Part shown: in pieces, positions 9,109 to 20,794 of the stretch
Layout: every line of letters begins with the position of its first letter
How positions within the stretch are numbered: position 1 is the first letter of the stretch
Source: a candidate division Hyd24-12 bacterium UBA5074
GTDB taxonomy: Bacteria; Fermentibacterota; Fermentibacteria; Fermentibacterales; Fermentibacteraceae
Length of the DNA stretch: 64,000 nucleotides
Direction: 5' to 3'
Assembly: GCA_002414865.1 (NCBI GenBank)
Contig: DIAQ01000098.1
Location: 1,039 to 65,038 of the forward strand
The notes under the pieces: model-generated
What the model was told of the DNA's origin: nothing
The model's input: only the letters and a program-made list of their open reading frames with translations
The model's database searches: none
Made by a program: the position numbers and the translations under genes

Positions 9109-10344
9109 ATGCTCTGCCTCTATGTAGTTCTGGCCTGCTCCTCGCCGAACGGGGAGGGCTCCTCGGAAGCGGTTCCGTCACCCGATCAGACGGAGCTCTC
9201 GGCCCTCGCGGAAGGGGATACCGAGTTCGCCCTCGGGCTGTTTGCACAGCTCGGCGGCGAGGGCGTCGAAGAAAACATCTTCTTCTCGCCCTTCAGCATC
9301 TCCACCGCCCTCGCCATGGTGCACGCCGGCGCAAGGGGCGGGACGGAGACCGAGATGTCCGAGGTGCTGCGGTTCCCCCTCCCGGCGGACAGGGTGCCGG
9401 GCGCCTTCGAAGCCCTCCTCGACAGGCTCGGCCCGGGAGGGCGAGGGAGCTTCGCCCATGGCGAGGGCGACCCGCTCACGCTCACGATCGCGAACGCTCT
9501 CTGGGTCGAGAGATCGTATCCGCTGCTCGACTCGTACACCGGTCTCGCGGACTCCTGCTACGGCGCTCGCGCTTCCGGGCTCGACTTCATCGGCGACCCG
9601 GAGGGTTCCGGGGCCGCCATCAACGGATGGGTCGCGGAGAGGACGGGGAACAGGATCCGCGACCTCGTGCCTCCCGGGATGATCGACGAGATGACCAGGC
9701 TCGTGCTGACGAACGCCGTCTATTTCAAGGCTTCCTGGCTCTTCGCCTTCGACGTGCACGCCACGGCGGAAGGCGATTTCACGACGGGATCCGGAGATGT
9801 CGTGCGCGTGCCGATGATGCACCAGACGGAGAGGCTGGCGCACTCGCACACAGGCGGGTGCAGGGCTGTCTCCCTCCCCTACTCCGACGGCAGCGCGAGA
9901 ATGCTGATCCTGCTCCCCGACGGCGATCTGGAGGCGTTCGAGCGGTCGCTCGACACAGCGTTGCTCCGCACCGTCACCACCTCGCTCACAGGTGGAGAGG
10001 TCGATCTCGCGATGCCCAGGTTCGAGTTCACGAGCTCGTTCTCGCTGGTGGACGCCCTGCGGCGGATGGGCATGGAGAGAGCCTTCGACCGCTCCGCGGA
10101 CTTCAGCGGCATCACGGGGAACAGGGATCTCCACATCTCGGCTGTGGTGCACAAGGCTTTCGTGAAGGTGGACGAGAGCGGAACCGAGGCGGCGGCGGCG
10201 ACGGCCGTCATGATGGCCCTGGGCTGCGCGGCGCCGGAGCCCCCGTTCGAGATGAGCCTCGACAGGCCTTTCCTCTTCCTCGTCACCGACGAACTGACGG
10301 GCTCGGTGATCTTCATGGGCAGGGTCTCGAACCCCTCGGAGTGA
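9109..10344 (+). CDS. Serpin (serine protease inhibitor), predicted lipoprotein
   Basis: 411 aa serpin fold. Inhibitory hinge GTEAAAATAV before the reactive-centre loop. N-terminal signal with lipobox VLAC-S. C-terminal FLFLV..TG..IFMGRV serpin signature. Confidence 0.85.
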   Translation: MLCLYVVLACSSPNGEGSSEAVPSPDQTELSALAEGDTEFALGLFAQLGGEGVEENIFFSPFSISTALAMVHAGARGGTETEMSEVLRFPLPADRVPGAFEALLDRLGPGGRGSFAHGEGDPLTLTIANALWVERSYPLLDSYTGLADSCYGARASGLDFIGDPEGSGAAINGWVAERTGNRIRDLVPPGMIDEMTRLVLTNAVYFKASWLFAFDVHATAEGDFTTGSGDVVRVPMMHQTERLAHSHTGGCRAVSLPYSDGSARMLILLPDGDLEAFERSLDTALLRTVTTSLTGGEVDLAMPRFEFTSSFSLVDALRRMGMERAFDRSADFSGITGNRDLHISAVVHKAFVKVDESGTEAAAATAVMMALGCAAPEPPFEMSLDRPFLFLVTDELTGSVIFMGRVSNPSE

Positions 10345-10357
10345 TGCGGCGGTCCGG

Positions 10358-10381
10358 CCCGCAACCGCCCGGGCCGGAGCG
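10358..10381 (+). terminator. GC-rich hairpin just 3' of the serpin gene (possible intrinsic terminator lacking a U-tract)
   Basis: CCGGCCCG-caaccgcc-CGGGCCGG is a perfect 8-bp inverted repeat 12 nt after the serpin stop. No following T-run. Confidence 0.25.
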
Positions 10382-10506
10382 GGGGATCGCCCGGCCGGCC
10401 CTGCCTGCGTGCTGCGTGAGCTGGGCGCTCATGATCTGGCGAGGCGCCTCCCGGCGCCGTTAGGATACCCGGGCGAAGCGGAGTCCGATAATCCGGAAGG
10501 GCTGAG

Positions 10507-12524
<2,018 letters not shown>

Positions 12525-12528
<4 letters not shown>

Positions 12529-13055
12529 CGGTAGTGCGACGTCCCGACGACACGGCCCGACGGGTCGAAGCGCACGCCTTCCATCTCGAGAAGCTCCCTC
12601 TTCATGGCCCCGCCGCCCTGGTAGCCTCCCGGGGATCCGTCGGACCGGACCGCCCTGTGGCACGGGATGACGACAGGGAACGGATTCCCGGCCAGCGCGG
12701 AGCCTGCGGCCCTCGCTCCCCGGGGGCAGCCGACCCGCGCGGCCAGCCCCGAGTATGTCGTGACGGAGCCCCTGGGGACCGCATGCTCGGCGAGCAGGAC
12801 ACTCCTCTGGAAGGCCGGGCAGAGATCAAGCCTGATGACCCCGGTGTCGAACGACACGGGCACGCCTTCGAGGAATGCGGCGACCGCCGCGGCGACCTCG
12901 TCGATCTCGCGCGCGCTGCCCCCCGGGAAGTCCCCGGCGGGCTCCGCCCTGCCGGGCAGCGTTATCCTGAGTATGCGGGCGCCGCCCTCCCGGAACGACC
13001 AGAAGATAGCCATGCGGCCGAACCTCGTCCCGAACTCCATGCGGGAAACGTTCAT
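12525..13055 (-). CDS. ogt: Methylated-DNA--protein-cysteine methyltransferase
   Basis: Active-site PCHRV motif (IPCHRAVRSDG) and C-terminal MGMT fold. The track ORF start at 13193 adds an improbable Arg/Pro-rich 46-aa extension; ATG at 13053-13055 chosen. Stop overlaps the hutU stop convergently. Confidence 0.8.
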
Positions 13056-13391
13056 TCCCGCGGCACCAGCCAGGGGGGCGATCCGCACCGGCGGCCGGCA
13101 CCCGGAGGCGTCCGTCATCCCCCTGCGCACCCGGCCAGACGGAGGCCGGCTCCGGAGGACCATTCCAGGAGGGCCTCCTCGCGAGCCTTCCACGGACCCG
13201 AGACGAAAGCCACGAGCCCCGGGGACACATCCAGCCGAAGCTCCCCCGAGGCATCCGGGATGCAGTCGCCCGCGAGATGGGACACGCGCCTGCCGAGCAG
13301 TTCCGCGAACCTCACGGACAGGCCGGGGAAGGCCTCCGCGAAGAGCTGGACCTCCTCCGAGAGCAGATCCCGCGGCCAGGACCGCCGGGTT

Positions 13392-14864
13392 TCAGAGGTA
13401 CAGGTCGCGCTCACCTGCGCGGATCCTGGCCAGATAGTCCTCCACGATCCTCCTCGTGGATTCGTCTCCCAGGCTTCCGATCTCCCTCTCGACGAGCTTC
13501 CAGCCCTCCTCGCGGACGCCCGGCGAGGCGAAATCCTCCAGGTACTCGGCAAACGTGAGGATCGCGTTCGGCATGCAGAAATTCTGGATCTTCCCGTCCT
13601 TGGACAGGCTCATGAAGCAGCCGCCGGTACGGCCGCACCGGTAGTCCGCGGTGCAGAAGCTGGTGATCATGCCCATCTTCGAGAGCTCGCCGACTACTTC
13701 GTCGAGCGTCCTGTTGTCGGAGAGCATGAACTGCTGGCGATCTCCTATGACATGTCCGTCGGAGTAGCCCTTTATGCCGATGTTGGAGCCGGCGTCGATC
13801 TGGGTGATGCCCAGCGGGATGAGGTCACGCCTCACCGCCGCCGGCTCCCGGGCGGTGAGGATGAGGCCGGTATAGGGCACCGACAGCCTGATCACCGTCA
13901 CGATCTTCCTGAAGAGGTCGTCGGGCACGCTGAACTTCGGGTTGTCCAGGAAGGGCGTGTTCACCGCGGGCTCCAGGCGGGGGACGCTTATGGTGTGAGG
14001 ACCCACCCCCCCGAAGCACCTCTCCAGGTCCATCGTGTGCAGCAGCATGGCCATGACCTCGAACCGGCAGTCGAACAGGCCGAACAGGGTGCCCATGGCG
14101 ACGTCGTCGATGCCTGCCTCCTGGGCGCGGTGGAGGGCGTAGAGCCGCCACTGCATGTCGCCCTTGAGAGTGCCTGCGGGATGGGCGCGGGCATAGGTCT
14201 CGTGGTGGTAGGTCTCCTGGAAGACCTGGTAGGTGCCGATGCCCACCTCCTTGAGCTTCCGGTAGTCGCCCACGCAGAGTGGAGCAGCGTTCACGTTGGC
14301 GCGCCTGATCTCGCCGCCGGCGTCCTTGACGGTGTAGGCCAGCCGGATCGTATGGGCGATGAAATCGGCATCGGTCGAGGGGTGCTCGCCGTAGACCATG
14401 ACCAGACGCTTGTGGCCCAGCCTGATGAGCGCGAGTATCTCCTCCTTCAGATCGTCGTCGCTCAGGCATCCCCTGACGACGGACCTGTTCTCGCGCCGGA
14501 AGCCGCAGTACTGGCAGTTGTTGACGCAGTAGTTGGAGACATACAGGGGGGCGAAGAAGACGATGCGCCTGCCGTAGACCGACTGCTTCACCTTCAGCCC
14601 GGCCCCGTGCATCTCCTGCCAGAGATCCTCGTCCGTGCAGTTGAGGAGCGCCGCCGTCTCGGACGGTTCGAGCCTCTTAAGAGACAGGGATTTCGCAATG
14701 ATGTCCCGCACCCGTGCCGGATCCGGGTCCCGCTGCTTCTCCAGCTCGGTCCAGATCAGGCCCTCGTCGACGAAGTCGCGTCCGTCGACCATGTACCGCT
14801 CGTTTTCCTCGTGCCTTATCTGCCGGTCGATCCAGCTTTTCTCATTGACGCTCAGCTCGCTCAT
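13392..14864 (-). CDS. HydG-like radical SAM protein (ThiH/HydG tyrosine-lyase family)
   Basis: 490 aa. CxxxCxxC radical SAM motif (CVNNCQYCGF). HydG-length C-terminal extension carrying a second Cys cluster (SFCTADYRCGRTGGCF...NFCMPN). ThiH itself is about 370 aa. Confidence 0.8.
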   Translation of the reverse strand: MSELSVNEKSWIDRQIRHEENERYMVDGRDFVDEGLIWTELEKQRDPDPARVRDIIAKSLSLKRLEPSETAALLNCTDEDLWQEMHGAGLKVKQSVYGRRIVFFAPLYVSNYCVNNCQYCGFRRENRSVVRGCLSDDDLKEEILALIRLGHKRLVMVYGEHPSTDADFIAHTIRLAYTVKDAGGEIRRANVNAAPLCVGDYRKLKEVGIGTYQVFQETYHHETYARAHPAGTLKGDMQWRLYALHRAQEAGIDDVAMGTLFGLFDCRFEVMAMLLHTMDLERCFGGVGPHTISVPRLEPAVNTPFLDNPKFSVPDDLFRKIVTVIRLSVPYTGLILTAREPAAVRRDLIPLGITQIDAGSNIGIKGYSDGHVIGDRQQFMLSDNRTLDEVVGELSKMGMITSFCTADYRCGRTGGCFMSLSKDGKIQNFCMPNAILTFAEYLEDFASPGVREEGWKLVEREIGSLGDESTRRIVEDYLARIRAGERDLYL

Positions 14865-14951
14865 TTTGCACTCCGATGCTTGTCCGGATGCCCTTTCCAG
14901 TTGTCATAATATAACGGGAAGGAAACGACCCGGTTTCAGCCGGAGGGCTGC
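14865..14951. promoter_or_regulatory. Divergent intergenic region with AT-rich island (candidate -10 element) between the HydG-like and HAD genes
   Basis: ttgtcATAATATaacgg stands out in an otherwise ~65% GC sequence. Lies between divergently transcribed genes. Confidence 0.25.
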
Positions 14952-15665
14952 ATGGGCGGACGCTGGGACTGCATGCTCTTCGATCTTGACGGAACGCTCC
15001 TGGACTATGCTGCGGCGCAGGAGATGGCTGTCCGGCGGGCGCTCGCCCGGCTTCAGGGATCACATCCCGACCTCTGCGCGTGGCTCCGTTTCGTGCGTTC
15101 CGAGGCCTTCCAGTGCAGGGAGGCATGCCGCAGGACCGCCCCGGCCATCACCGATCCCTGGATGCCGGGCGAGGCTCCCTCGTGCGGGCCGTCTCCGGAA
15201 GAGTTCACGAAGGCCTACCTGCATGCGCTGTCGTCGTGCCCGGGGACTCTCGCCGGCGCCCTCGAGTGCTTAGGAGGCGCCCGCAGGGGAGGTTCTGCGA
15301 CGGGCATCGTCTCGAACGGCATAGGATGGGTGCAGAGGTCCAGGCTTCTGGGCTCGGGGCTCATGGGGCTGGCCGACTGCCTCGTGATCAGCTGCGAGGT
15401 GGGGCTGGCCAAGCCCGATCCGGAGATCTTCCGCCTGGCCGTCCGCCTCCTCGGGGCGGAAGCGGCGCGCACGGTCGTGATCGGGGACGGCGCCGGCAGC
15501 GACATGGCGGGTGCCGACGCTGCAGGTCTCGATTTCGTCTATCTCAGGACGGACCGGAACTTCGCGGCGATGAAGCCCGGGCACCTCCCGGCGGCCACTC
15601 TCGCGGAAGTGGCGGACATCCTTGCGGGGGCCGAGGCCGTTGACGGCGCTCCCGGGCGCGGATAG
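14952..15665 (+). CDS. HAD superfamily hydrolase
   Basis: N-terminal DxDGTL motif (FDLDGTLLD). Downstream motif III/IV (VIGDGAGSDMAGADAAG). Confidence 0.75.
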   Translation: MGGRWDCMLFDLDGTLLDYAAAQEMAVRRALARLQGSHPDLCAWLRFVRSEAFQCREACRRTAPAITDPWMPGEAPSCGPSPEEFTKAYLHALSSCPGTLAGALECLGGARRGGSATGIVSNGIGWVQRSRLLGSGLMGLADCLVISCEVGLAKPDPEIFRLAVRLLGAEAARTVVIGDGAGSDMAGADAAGLDFVYLRTDRNFAAMKPGHLPAATLAEVADILAGAEAVDGAPGRG

Positions 15666-15698
15666 CTTCGCATCGTCAACTCAAGCCAAGGGGGAAGC

Positions 15699-16196
15699 AT
15701 GCGGTCAGTCATTCTGGTCCTTGCAGTTCTCGCGATTCCGGTTTCCGCAGGCATGACCCAGTACGGCCTCCATGCCGGCTTGTTCATCCCGACCGGAGAC
15801 CCCGCGGATGTCTACAACCTCAGCCCCATGATCGGCGGACAGATCCTCGTCCACATGCCGGTCTACGCCATCGAGGGCAGCGCCTCGTACGTCTTCCTGT
15901 CGGCGGACTCGGAGCTGGATGGATTCTCGGCTCACATGATCCCCCTGTCGGCGGGCCTCAGGTCCTACTCGGGACCGATCTTCTTCGGAGGCGGCGCCGA
16001 ACTGGCCATCTCGAGCGTCAGCTGGGACGTCTCGGCTGACAGCACGTACGAGGATTCCGAGAGCGACTTCGGGGCCTACGGCACCCTGGGAACGACCCTG
16101 CCGCTCGCCGGTTACGAGGTCGAGCTGACCGGCAAGGCCCACTGGGTTGACTTCGACGACATCTGGATGTCAGTCCAGCTCTCGATGTACCTCTAG
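15699..16196 (+). CDS. Small outer-membrane beta-barrel protein (OmpW/PF13505-like)
   Basis: Signal peptide (LVLAVLAIPVSAG). Alternating hydrophobic beta-strand pattern. Gly/aromatic-rich, 165 aa. Confidence 0.55.
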   Translation: MRSVILVLAVLAIPVSAGMTQYGLHAGLFIPTGDPADVYNLSPMIGGQILVHMPVYAIEGSASYVFLSADSELDGFSAHMIPLSAGLRSYSGPIFFGGGAELAISSVSWDVSADSTYEDSESDFGAYGTLGTTLPLAGYEVELTGKAHWVDFDDIWMSVQLSMYL

Positions 16197-16251
16197 ACGA
16201 TTCCTTAGGATTCCTGCCGGCCGCGGACGGGCTTCCGCGGCCGGTCGGCTT

Positions 16252-17376
16252 TCATGCCCGCCCTGCATTCTCCAGGGCTGCTTTCGCAAGGTTCCCGATC
16301 ACCCCGGTGATGTCGAACACGTCCGCGGCTCTGGCGGCTCCGCGCCGGCCCATGGATTCCATCAGCCCCGGGTTGCCGCACAGATCGGCGGCCTCCGACA
16401 CGAAACCCTCCCTCGAGCACAGGATGCCGGTGATCCCGGGGAGCACTGCATCCGGCACGCCTCCCTCGGCGAGCCCGGCGCAGGCGGCGCCGCAGGCCGC
16501 AGCCTCCACGAAGGTGAGCCCGAAGCCCTCGACGTCGCCGGTGCGCTCGTCGGACTGGCAGGGGGAGATGAAGAGGTCGGCCGAGCGGTAGCGAGCGGCC
16601 AGGCTCTCGTCGTCGACCGGGCCGAGAAACCTCACCCTCCCGCCCAGATGGGCGGCCCGTTCCCTCAGCTCAGTCTCGAGCGGACCCTCTCCGGCGATCC
16701 ACAGCCCGGCGTCGACGCCCCTTCCGACAGCCTCCTGCAGCACTGCGATGGCGAGATCCATCCGCTTGCGCGGGACCATCCTCCCAGCGGTGACGAGCTG
16801 CACGGGGAACTCCCCCGGGAAGCCCGGGGGACCCGGCCTGAAGAGCCCGGTGTCGACTCCGTTGATGCCGATCGCGATCCTGGCGCGAGGCGCCACGGAG
16901 GCAGCCCTCCCGGCGGTGAACCTGCTGGCGCACGCCGCGATGGAGGACCTCTCGAGCGCCGCCCTCCTGCGCAGCCCCGCCAGGGGGGGCAGGCTGGCGA
17001 AGACCTCCATGCCGTGCACCGCGCAGACGACGGGACAGGAAGGCGCTGCGAGCAGGGCCCCTTCGGTCACGAACCAGGTCGAGCAGAACACGATCGAAGG
17101 GTGCGCACCGGCCTTTCGGAGCCTGCTCATGGACCGGGCGAAGTGCAGTGCCCTGAGGGTTGGGAAGTTTCTGCCCGGCACCTGGATCACCTCGATCCAG
17201 TCACGGGGGCGCGCCGATTCCGCCCTTTTCGCGAAGACCTTCACGCTCCAGCCCAGGCGGCTCAGCGCAAGGGCGGTGTTGGATGCCCATCTGGATATCC
17301 CGCCCAGCTTGGGCGGAAAGTCCTCGGTGGCGATCCAGGCCTCCGGCCTGCCGTTGTCCGGAACCCCTCCTCTCAC
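16252..17376 (-). CDS. Glycosyltransferase family 4
   Basis: The track ORF 16252..18378 is 708 aa, but its upstream 333 aa are an out-of-frame read through the MFS gene. A GTG at 17374-17376 overlaps the MFS stop (GTGA) and gives a 375-aa GT4 (EGFGLTFVEAAACGA, FISPCQ). Confidence 0.8.
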   Translation of the reverse strand: MRGGVPDNGRPEAWIATEDFPPKLGGISRWASNTALALSRLGWSVKVFAKRAESARPRDWIEVIQVPGRNFPTLRALHFARSMSRLRKAGAHPSIVFCSTWFVTEGALLAAPSCPVVCAVHGMEVFASLPPLAGLRRRAALERSSIAACASRFTAGRAASVAPRARIAIGINGVDTGLFRPGPPGFPGEFPVQLVTAGRMVPRKRMDLAIAVLQEAVGRGVDAGLWIAGEGPLETELRERAAHLGGRVRFLGPVDDESLAARYRSADLFISPCQSDERTGDVEGFGLTFVEAAACGAACAGLAEGGVPDAVLPGITGILCSREGFVSEAADLCGNPGLMESMGRRGAARAADVFDITGVIGNLAKAALENAGRA

Positions 17377-18644
17377 GCCGGAACCCGTGCGCGGGGCTCC
17401 TGCAGGGCGAAGCGCCTGAGGAACAGCAGCCCGGCGAGCGTGAACAGCCCGGCCGAGACAAGGAAGGTGCTCGACATCCCGCATGACTGCAGGATCGCAT
17501 TGCCCATCAGCGGGGCGATCAGACCTCTCACGGCGGTGAGCGTGATGTGTATCCCCTGATATGTGGCGGCCTGGCCTTCCGGTGCGAAATGGAGGCTCGA
17601 GAGGTTCCACGAGACGTTGATGCCGGCCATCGCCACCGAGTAGACGGCGAAGGCGGAGTAGAAGAGCTGCACGCCTATCGAGGTGAACAGGCCGCCCATG
17701 GCTATGAGCAGCGGGTAGGCGGCCAGGAGGAGGCAGACGAGGCCCGTGAAACGGAACGGGTGGAGCTTCTCGACCCTGATCCCCATGAACGGGCTCAGGA
17801 GGAGTATCCCGATCTGGGCGAGAACTCCCTTCGCCATGGCGTACTGCTCGTAGCGCAGCCCGAGGACATCCCGCGCGAAGAAGGGTATTGCAGGCAGGAC
17901 CATCATGAAGGCGAACCCGTACACCATGAAGAAGGCCTCGAACAGGGCGAACTGACGATCGGCCGCGAGTATCCGCAGGAGCGGCCCGAGCAGGCCCGGC
18001 TGTCCTCCCTCCCCTCCACCCTTCGCAAGCCCCCTGGCCATCCTGGCGAAGATCATCGCGTGGGCGAAGCCGAAGAGGGCCATGCAGACGTAGAGGATCC
18101 GGAAAGCCTGGAAGTCGGCGTCGAGCATGTGCCCCACCAGCACGGAGGCCGGGAGGCTGAACAGCGTGAAGAGGCTGACCGCCCATCCGAAGAGGAGGCC
18201 GCGCCTGCCCTCGCCGTACTTCTCCCGCAGGATGGAGTTCAGGACCGGGACGATCACGCTGTCCGCCGCGGAGAACAGGCCTATGAGGATCAGCATGACA
18301 TCCGCGCTGTCCGTGAAGAACATCAGGGCCACGGGCAGCCGCAGGAAGGCGGCCGCGATCACCGCTCCCACGTGGCATCCCCGCTTCTCTACCATCGAGT
18401 TGATCAGGAAGGAGAGCAGGTTGCTGAAGGGCATGATCATCATGAGAAGGGTGATCTGCCAGGCGGTGGCGCGCAGGCCGTTCGCCATGATGTACTCGTT
18501 GTTGAGCATCACGCCCGACACCGCCGCGGACGCCAGCGAGGAGAGCAGGTGGAGCCTGTAGGTATGCCTCTCGACGGGGCCCAGCCCTCTCATGGCGTGC
18601 CAGGGCGACACGCTTCGGAGGAAGCCGGGGGGCAGAGTCGGCAT
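17373..18644 (-). CDS. MFS transporter
   Basis: 12-TM hydrophobic profile, MFS-type loops. ATG at 18642-18644 overlaps the cysC stop (ATGA). Confidence 0.8.
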   Translation of the reverse strand: MPTLPPGFLRSVSPWHAMRGLGPVERHTYRLHLLSSLASAAVSGVMLNNEYIMANGLRATAWQITLLMMIMPFSNLLSFLINSMVEKRGCHVGAVIAAAFLRLPVALMFFTDSADVMLILIGLFSAADSVIVPVLNSILREKYGEGRRGLLFGWAVSLFTLFSLPASVLVGHMLDADFQAFRILYVCMALFGFAHAMIFARMARGLAKGGGEGGQPGLLGPLLRILAADRQFALFEAFFMVYGFAFMMVLPAIPFFARDVLGLRYEQYAMAKGVLAQIGILLLSPFMGIRVEKLHPFRFTGLVCLLLAAYPLLIAMGGLFTSIGVQLFYSAFAVYSVAMAGINVSWNLSSLHFAPEGQAATYQGIHITLTAVRGLIAPLMGNAILQSCGMSSTFLVSAGLFTLAGLLFLRRFALQEPRARVPA

Positions 18645-19258
18645 CAGGGCTTCCCGGGGATCACTCCGCGTTCCTCGAGGAAGGCCATCAGCAGGCGCGC
18701 GCAACCCCCGGCGTCCATCTCGTCGGTATGGAGGTGGACATCCGGCGAGAGGGGCTCCTCGTAGGGGGCGGAAATGCCCGTGAACTCACGCAGTTCCCCT
18801 GCCCGGGCCTTGCGGTACAGGCCCTTGGGGTCCCTGGCCTCGGCGACCTCGAGGGGCAGGTCGACGAAGACCTCCACGAAATCGCCGGGACCCTGGATCG
18901 CGCGGGCTCTCGCCCTGTCGTCCCTGTAGGGGCTGATGAAAGCGACGATGTTGATTATGCCGAACGATGTGAAGAGCTTGGCCACCTCGGAGATGCGCCT
19001 GATGTTCTCCGCCCTGTCGGCGGGCGAGAAGCCCAGGTCGCTGTTCAGACCGTGACGGACATTGTCGCCGTCGAGCACGACGGAGTACGCGCCCCGGTCG
19101 TGCAGGAGCCCTGCCAGCTCGCCGGCGATGGTGGACTTGCCGGACGAGGGCAGGCCCGTCATCCATACGGTCACCCCCCGGGAGCCGAGGAGACTCTCGC
19201 GATCGCTCCTGCCCAGGGAATGCTCGTGCCAGGTGATGTTGTTGTCGCGGCTTGCCAT
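18644..19258 (-). CDS. cysC: Adenylyl-sulfate (APS) kinase
   Basis: Walker A P-loop GLPSSGKST. Full-length 204-aa APS kinase fold. Confidence 0.9.
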   Translation of the reverse strand: MASRDNNITWHEHSLGRSDRESLLGSRGVTVWMTGLPSSGKSTIAGELAGLLHDRGAYSVVLDGDNVRHGLNSDLGFSPADRAENIRRISEVAKLFTSFGIINIVAFISPYRDDRARARAIQGPGDFVEVFVDLPLEVAEARDPKGLYRKARAGELREFTGISAPYEEPLSPDVHLHTDEMDAGGCARLLMAFLEERGVIPGKP

Positions 19259-19503
19259 AGGATCTTCCTTTCGGTCCGGTCATGGGCATGCGGGAGTTTG
19301 CGGAAATGACGCCCGACATGTTCCGGTCGAGGCGCCCGGCGAACATAACAGGGTGGAGGGACTGGGCCACACGAGCGACCGTGCTGGCTGGCGCCGATCG
19401 CTACGCGAAGACAGGCTGTTTCGCTATTTTAGCAGTTCATGGGAAGGAAGGCGGGCCCGGTCGCCCGCCGGGCGCAGCGCGAAGAACCGGAGGCGGTCCC
19501 CAG

Positions 19504-20781
19504 ATGAAGCTACGCGCAATGGCACTTGCAGCCGCCTGCGCCGCCGCGGCCTGCGGGCGTCCCGTGCCCGGGGGCCCCAACGTGCTCCTCGTGATAATCG
19601 ACACTGTCAGATCCGACCACCTCGGCTGCTACGGATACTCCAGGAACACCACTCCCTCGCTCGACAGCCTGGCCTCCCGCGGCACCCTCTTCCTCAACAC
19701 GATGTCCCAGTCGCCGTGGACCATTCCATCGACTGCATCTATCTTCACGGGGCTCACCCCGGCCGTCCACCGGGTAGGGATGATCGACGGGGTCATCTAC
19801 GGCCTCGATCCCGCCCTGCCGACCGCCTCGACTCTCATGTCCGACGCAGGCTATGCCACTTTCGGGGAGTTCAGCGTGGCCTGGCTGAGGGCCGAGATGG
19901 GATTCGACACCGGCTTCGACCACTTCCACTGCTACTCCGACCATAGGAGCCACTGCGGGGAGATCGTCGACTCCCTCGCCGCCTGGATCGACAGCCTCCC
20001 TGCGGGCAGGCCGTGGTTCGCGATCATCCATTTCTACGAGCCGCACGACCCGTATGCCCCGCATCAGCCCTACGACACGCTCTTCGCCGGGCGGACGCCT
20101 CCCCCGTTCCAGGGCGACAGCATTTGGTTGCTGGACGACTCCGAGAGGCTGATCGAGCCCCTCCAGAGGGAGGCCCTCGAGATCAGGTACGACGGCGAGC
20201 TGCGCCAGGTCGACGACTCGCTCTCCAGGCTCTTCGGATTCCTCAGAGCCGGAGGTCACGCGGGGAACACCCTCGTCATCGTCACTGCCGACCATGGCGA
20301 GGAGTTCCTGGACCACGGAGGCACGGGGCACGGCCGCACCTTCTACCAGGAGATCCTCTCGGTGCCGCTGATCCTGTCGGGCCCCGGCATCCCGAGGGCC
20401 GGGAAGCGGAGGGACCTGGCCGCAGGCATAGACATCCTCCCCACGATCCTCGAGACCGCCGGCATCCCGCTCCCCGACTTCCTGGAGGGCGTCAGCCTCC
20501 TGGGACCGGCGCCTGACAGGGCCGTCCCCGCGAGCAGCCCCAAGGACGGGAACATGGTCTGCATCGGCAGGGGGATGCAGCGACAGATCTGGGATCCCGC
20601 GGACGGGAGCGTCTCGAGGTTCGATCTGACGACCGACCCGGACGAGCTGAACCCCCTCCCCGCAGACAGCACGATGATGGACGACCTGGGCGAGTACCGC
20701 GCCCGCACTCCCCTGGGCAACCCGGCGGCGACCCCGGAAGGCGAGCTGGACAACTCCCTGAGGGATCTGGGGTACATCTGA
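19504..20781 (+). CDS. Sulfatase-family (alkaline-phosphatase superfamily) lipoprotein, FGly Cys replaced by Thr
   Basis: Sulfatase N-terminal domain (LLVIIDTVRSDHLGCYGY, ADHGEEF). Signal/lipobox AAACAAAACG. The position of the canonical C-x-P-x-R reads W-T-I-P-S-T. Start taken at the Met of MKLRAMALAAA; the track start is further upstream. Confidence 0.8.
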   Translation: MKLRAMALAAACAAAACGRPVPGGPNVLLVIIDTVRSDHLGCYGYSRNTTPSLDSLASRGTLFLNTMSQSPWTIPSTASIFTGLTPAVHRVGMIDGVIYGLDPALPTASTLMSDAGYATFGEFSVAWLRAEMGFDTGFDHFHCYSDHRSHCGEIVDSLAAWIDSLPAGRPWFAIIHFYEPHDPYAPHQPYDTLFAGRTPPPFQGDSIWLLDDSERLIEPLQREALEIRYDGELRQVDDSLSRLFGFLRAGGHAGNTLVIVTADHGEEFLDHGGTGHGRTFYQEILSVPLILSGPGIPRAGKRRDLAAGIDILPTILETAGIPLPDFLEGVSLLGPAPDRAVPASSPKDGNMVCIGRGMQRQIWDPADGSVSRFDLTTDPDELNPLPADSTMMDDLGEYRARTPLGNPAATPEGELDNSLRDLGYI

Positions 20782-20794
20782 AAGGAGACGCGTC

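Noticed and set aside
12534-14909. 791-aa plus-strand ORF
   Set aside because: Antisense to ogt and the HydG-like gene, both with strong motif support. Composition Arg/Pro/Gly-biased.
16252-18378. 708-aa ORF as one protein
   Set aside because: Chimeric. The first 333 codons lie out of frame within the MFS gene. The GT4 begins at the GTG overlapping the MFS stop.
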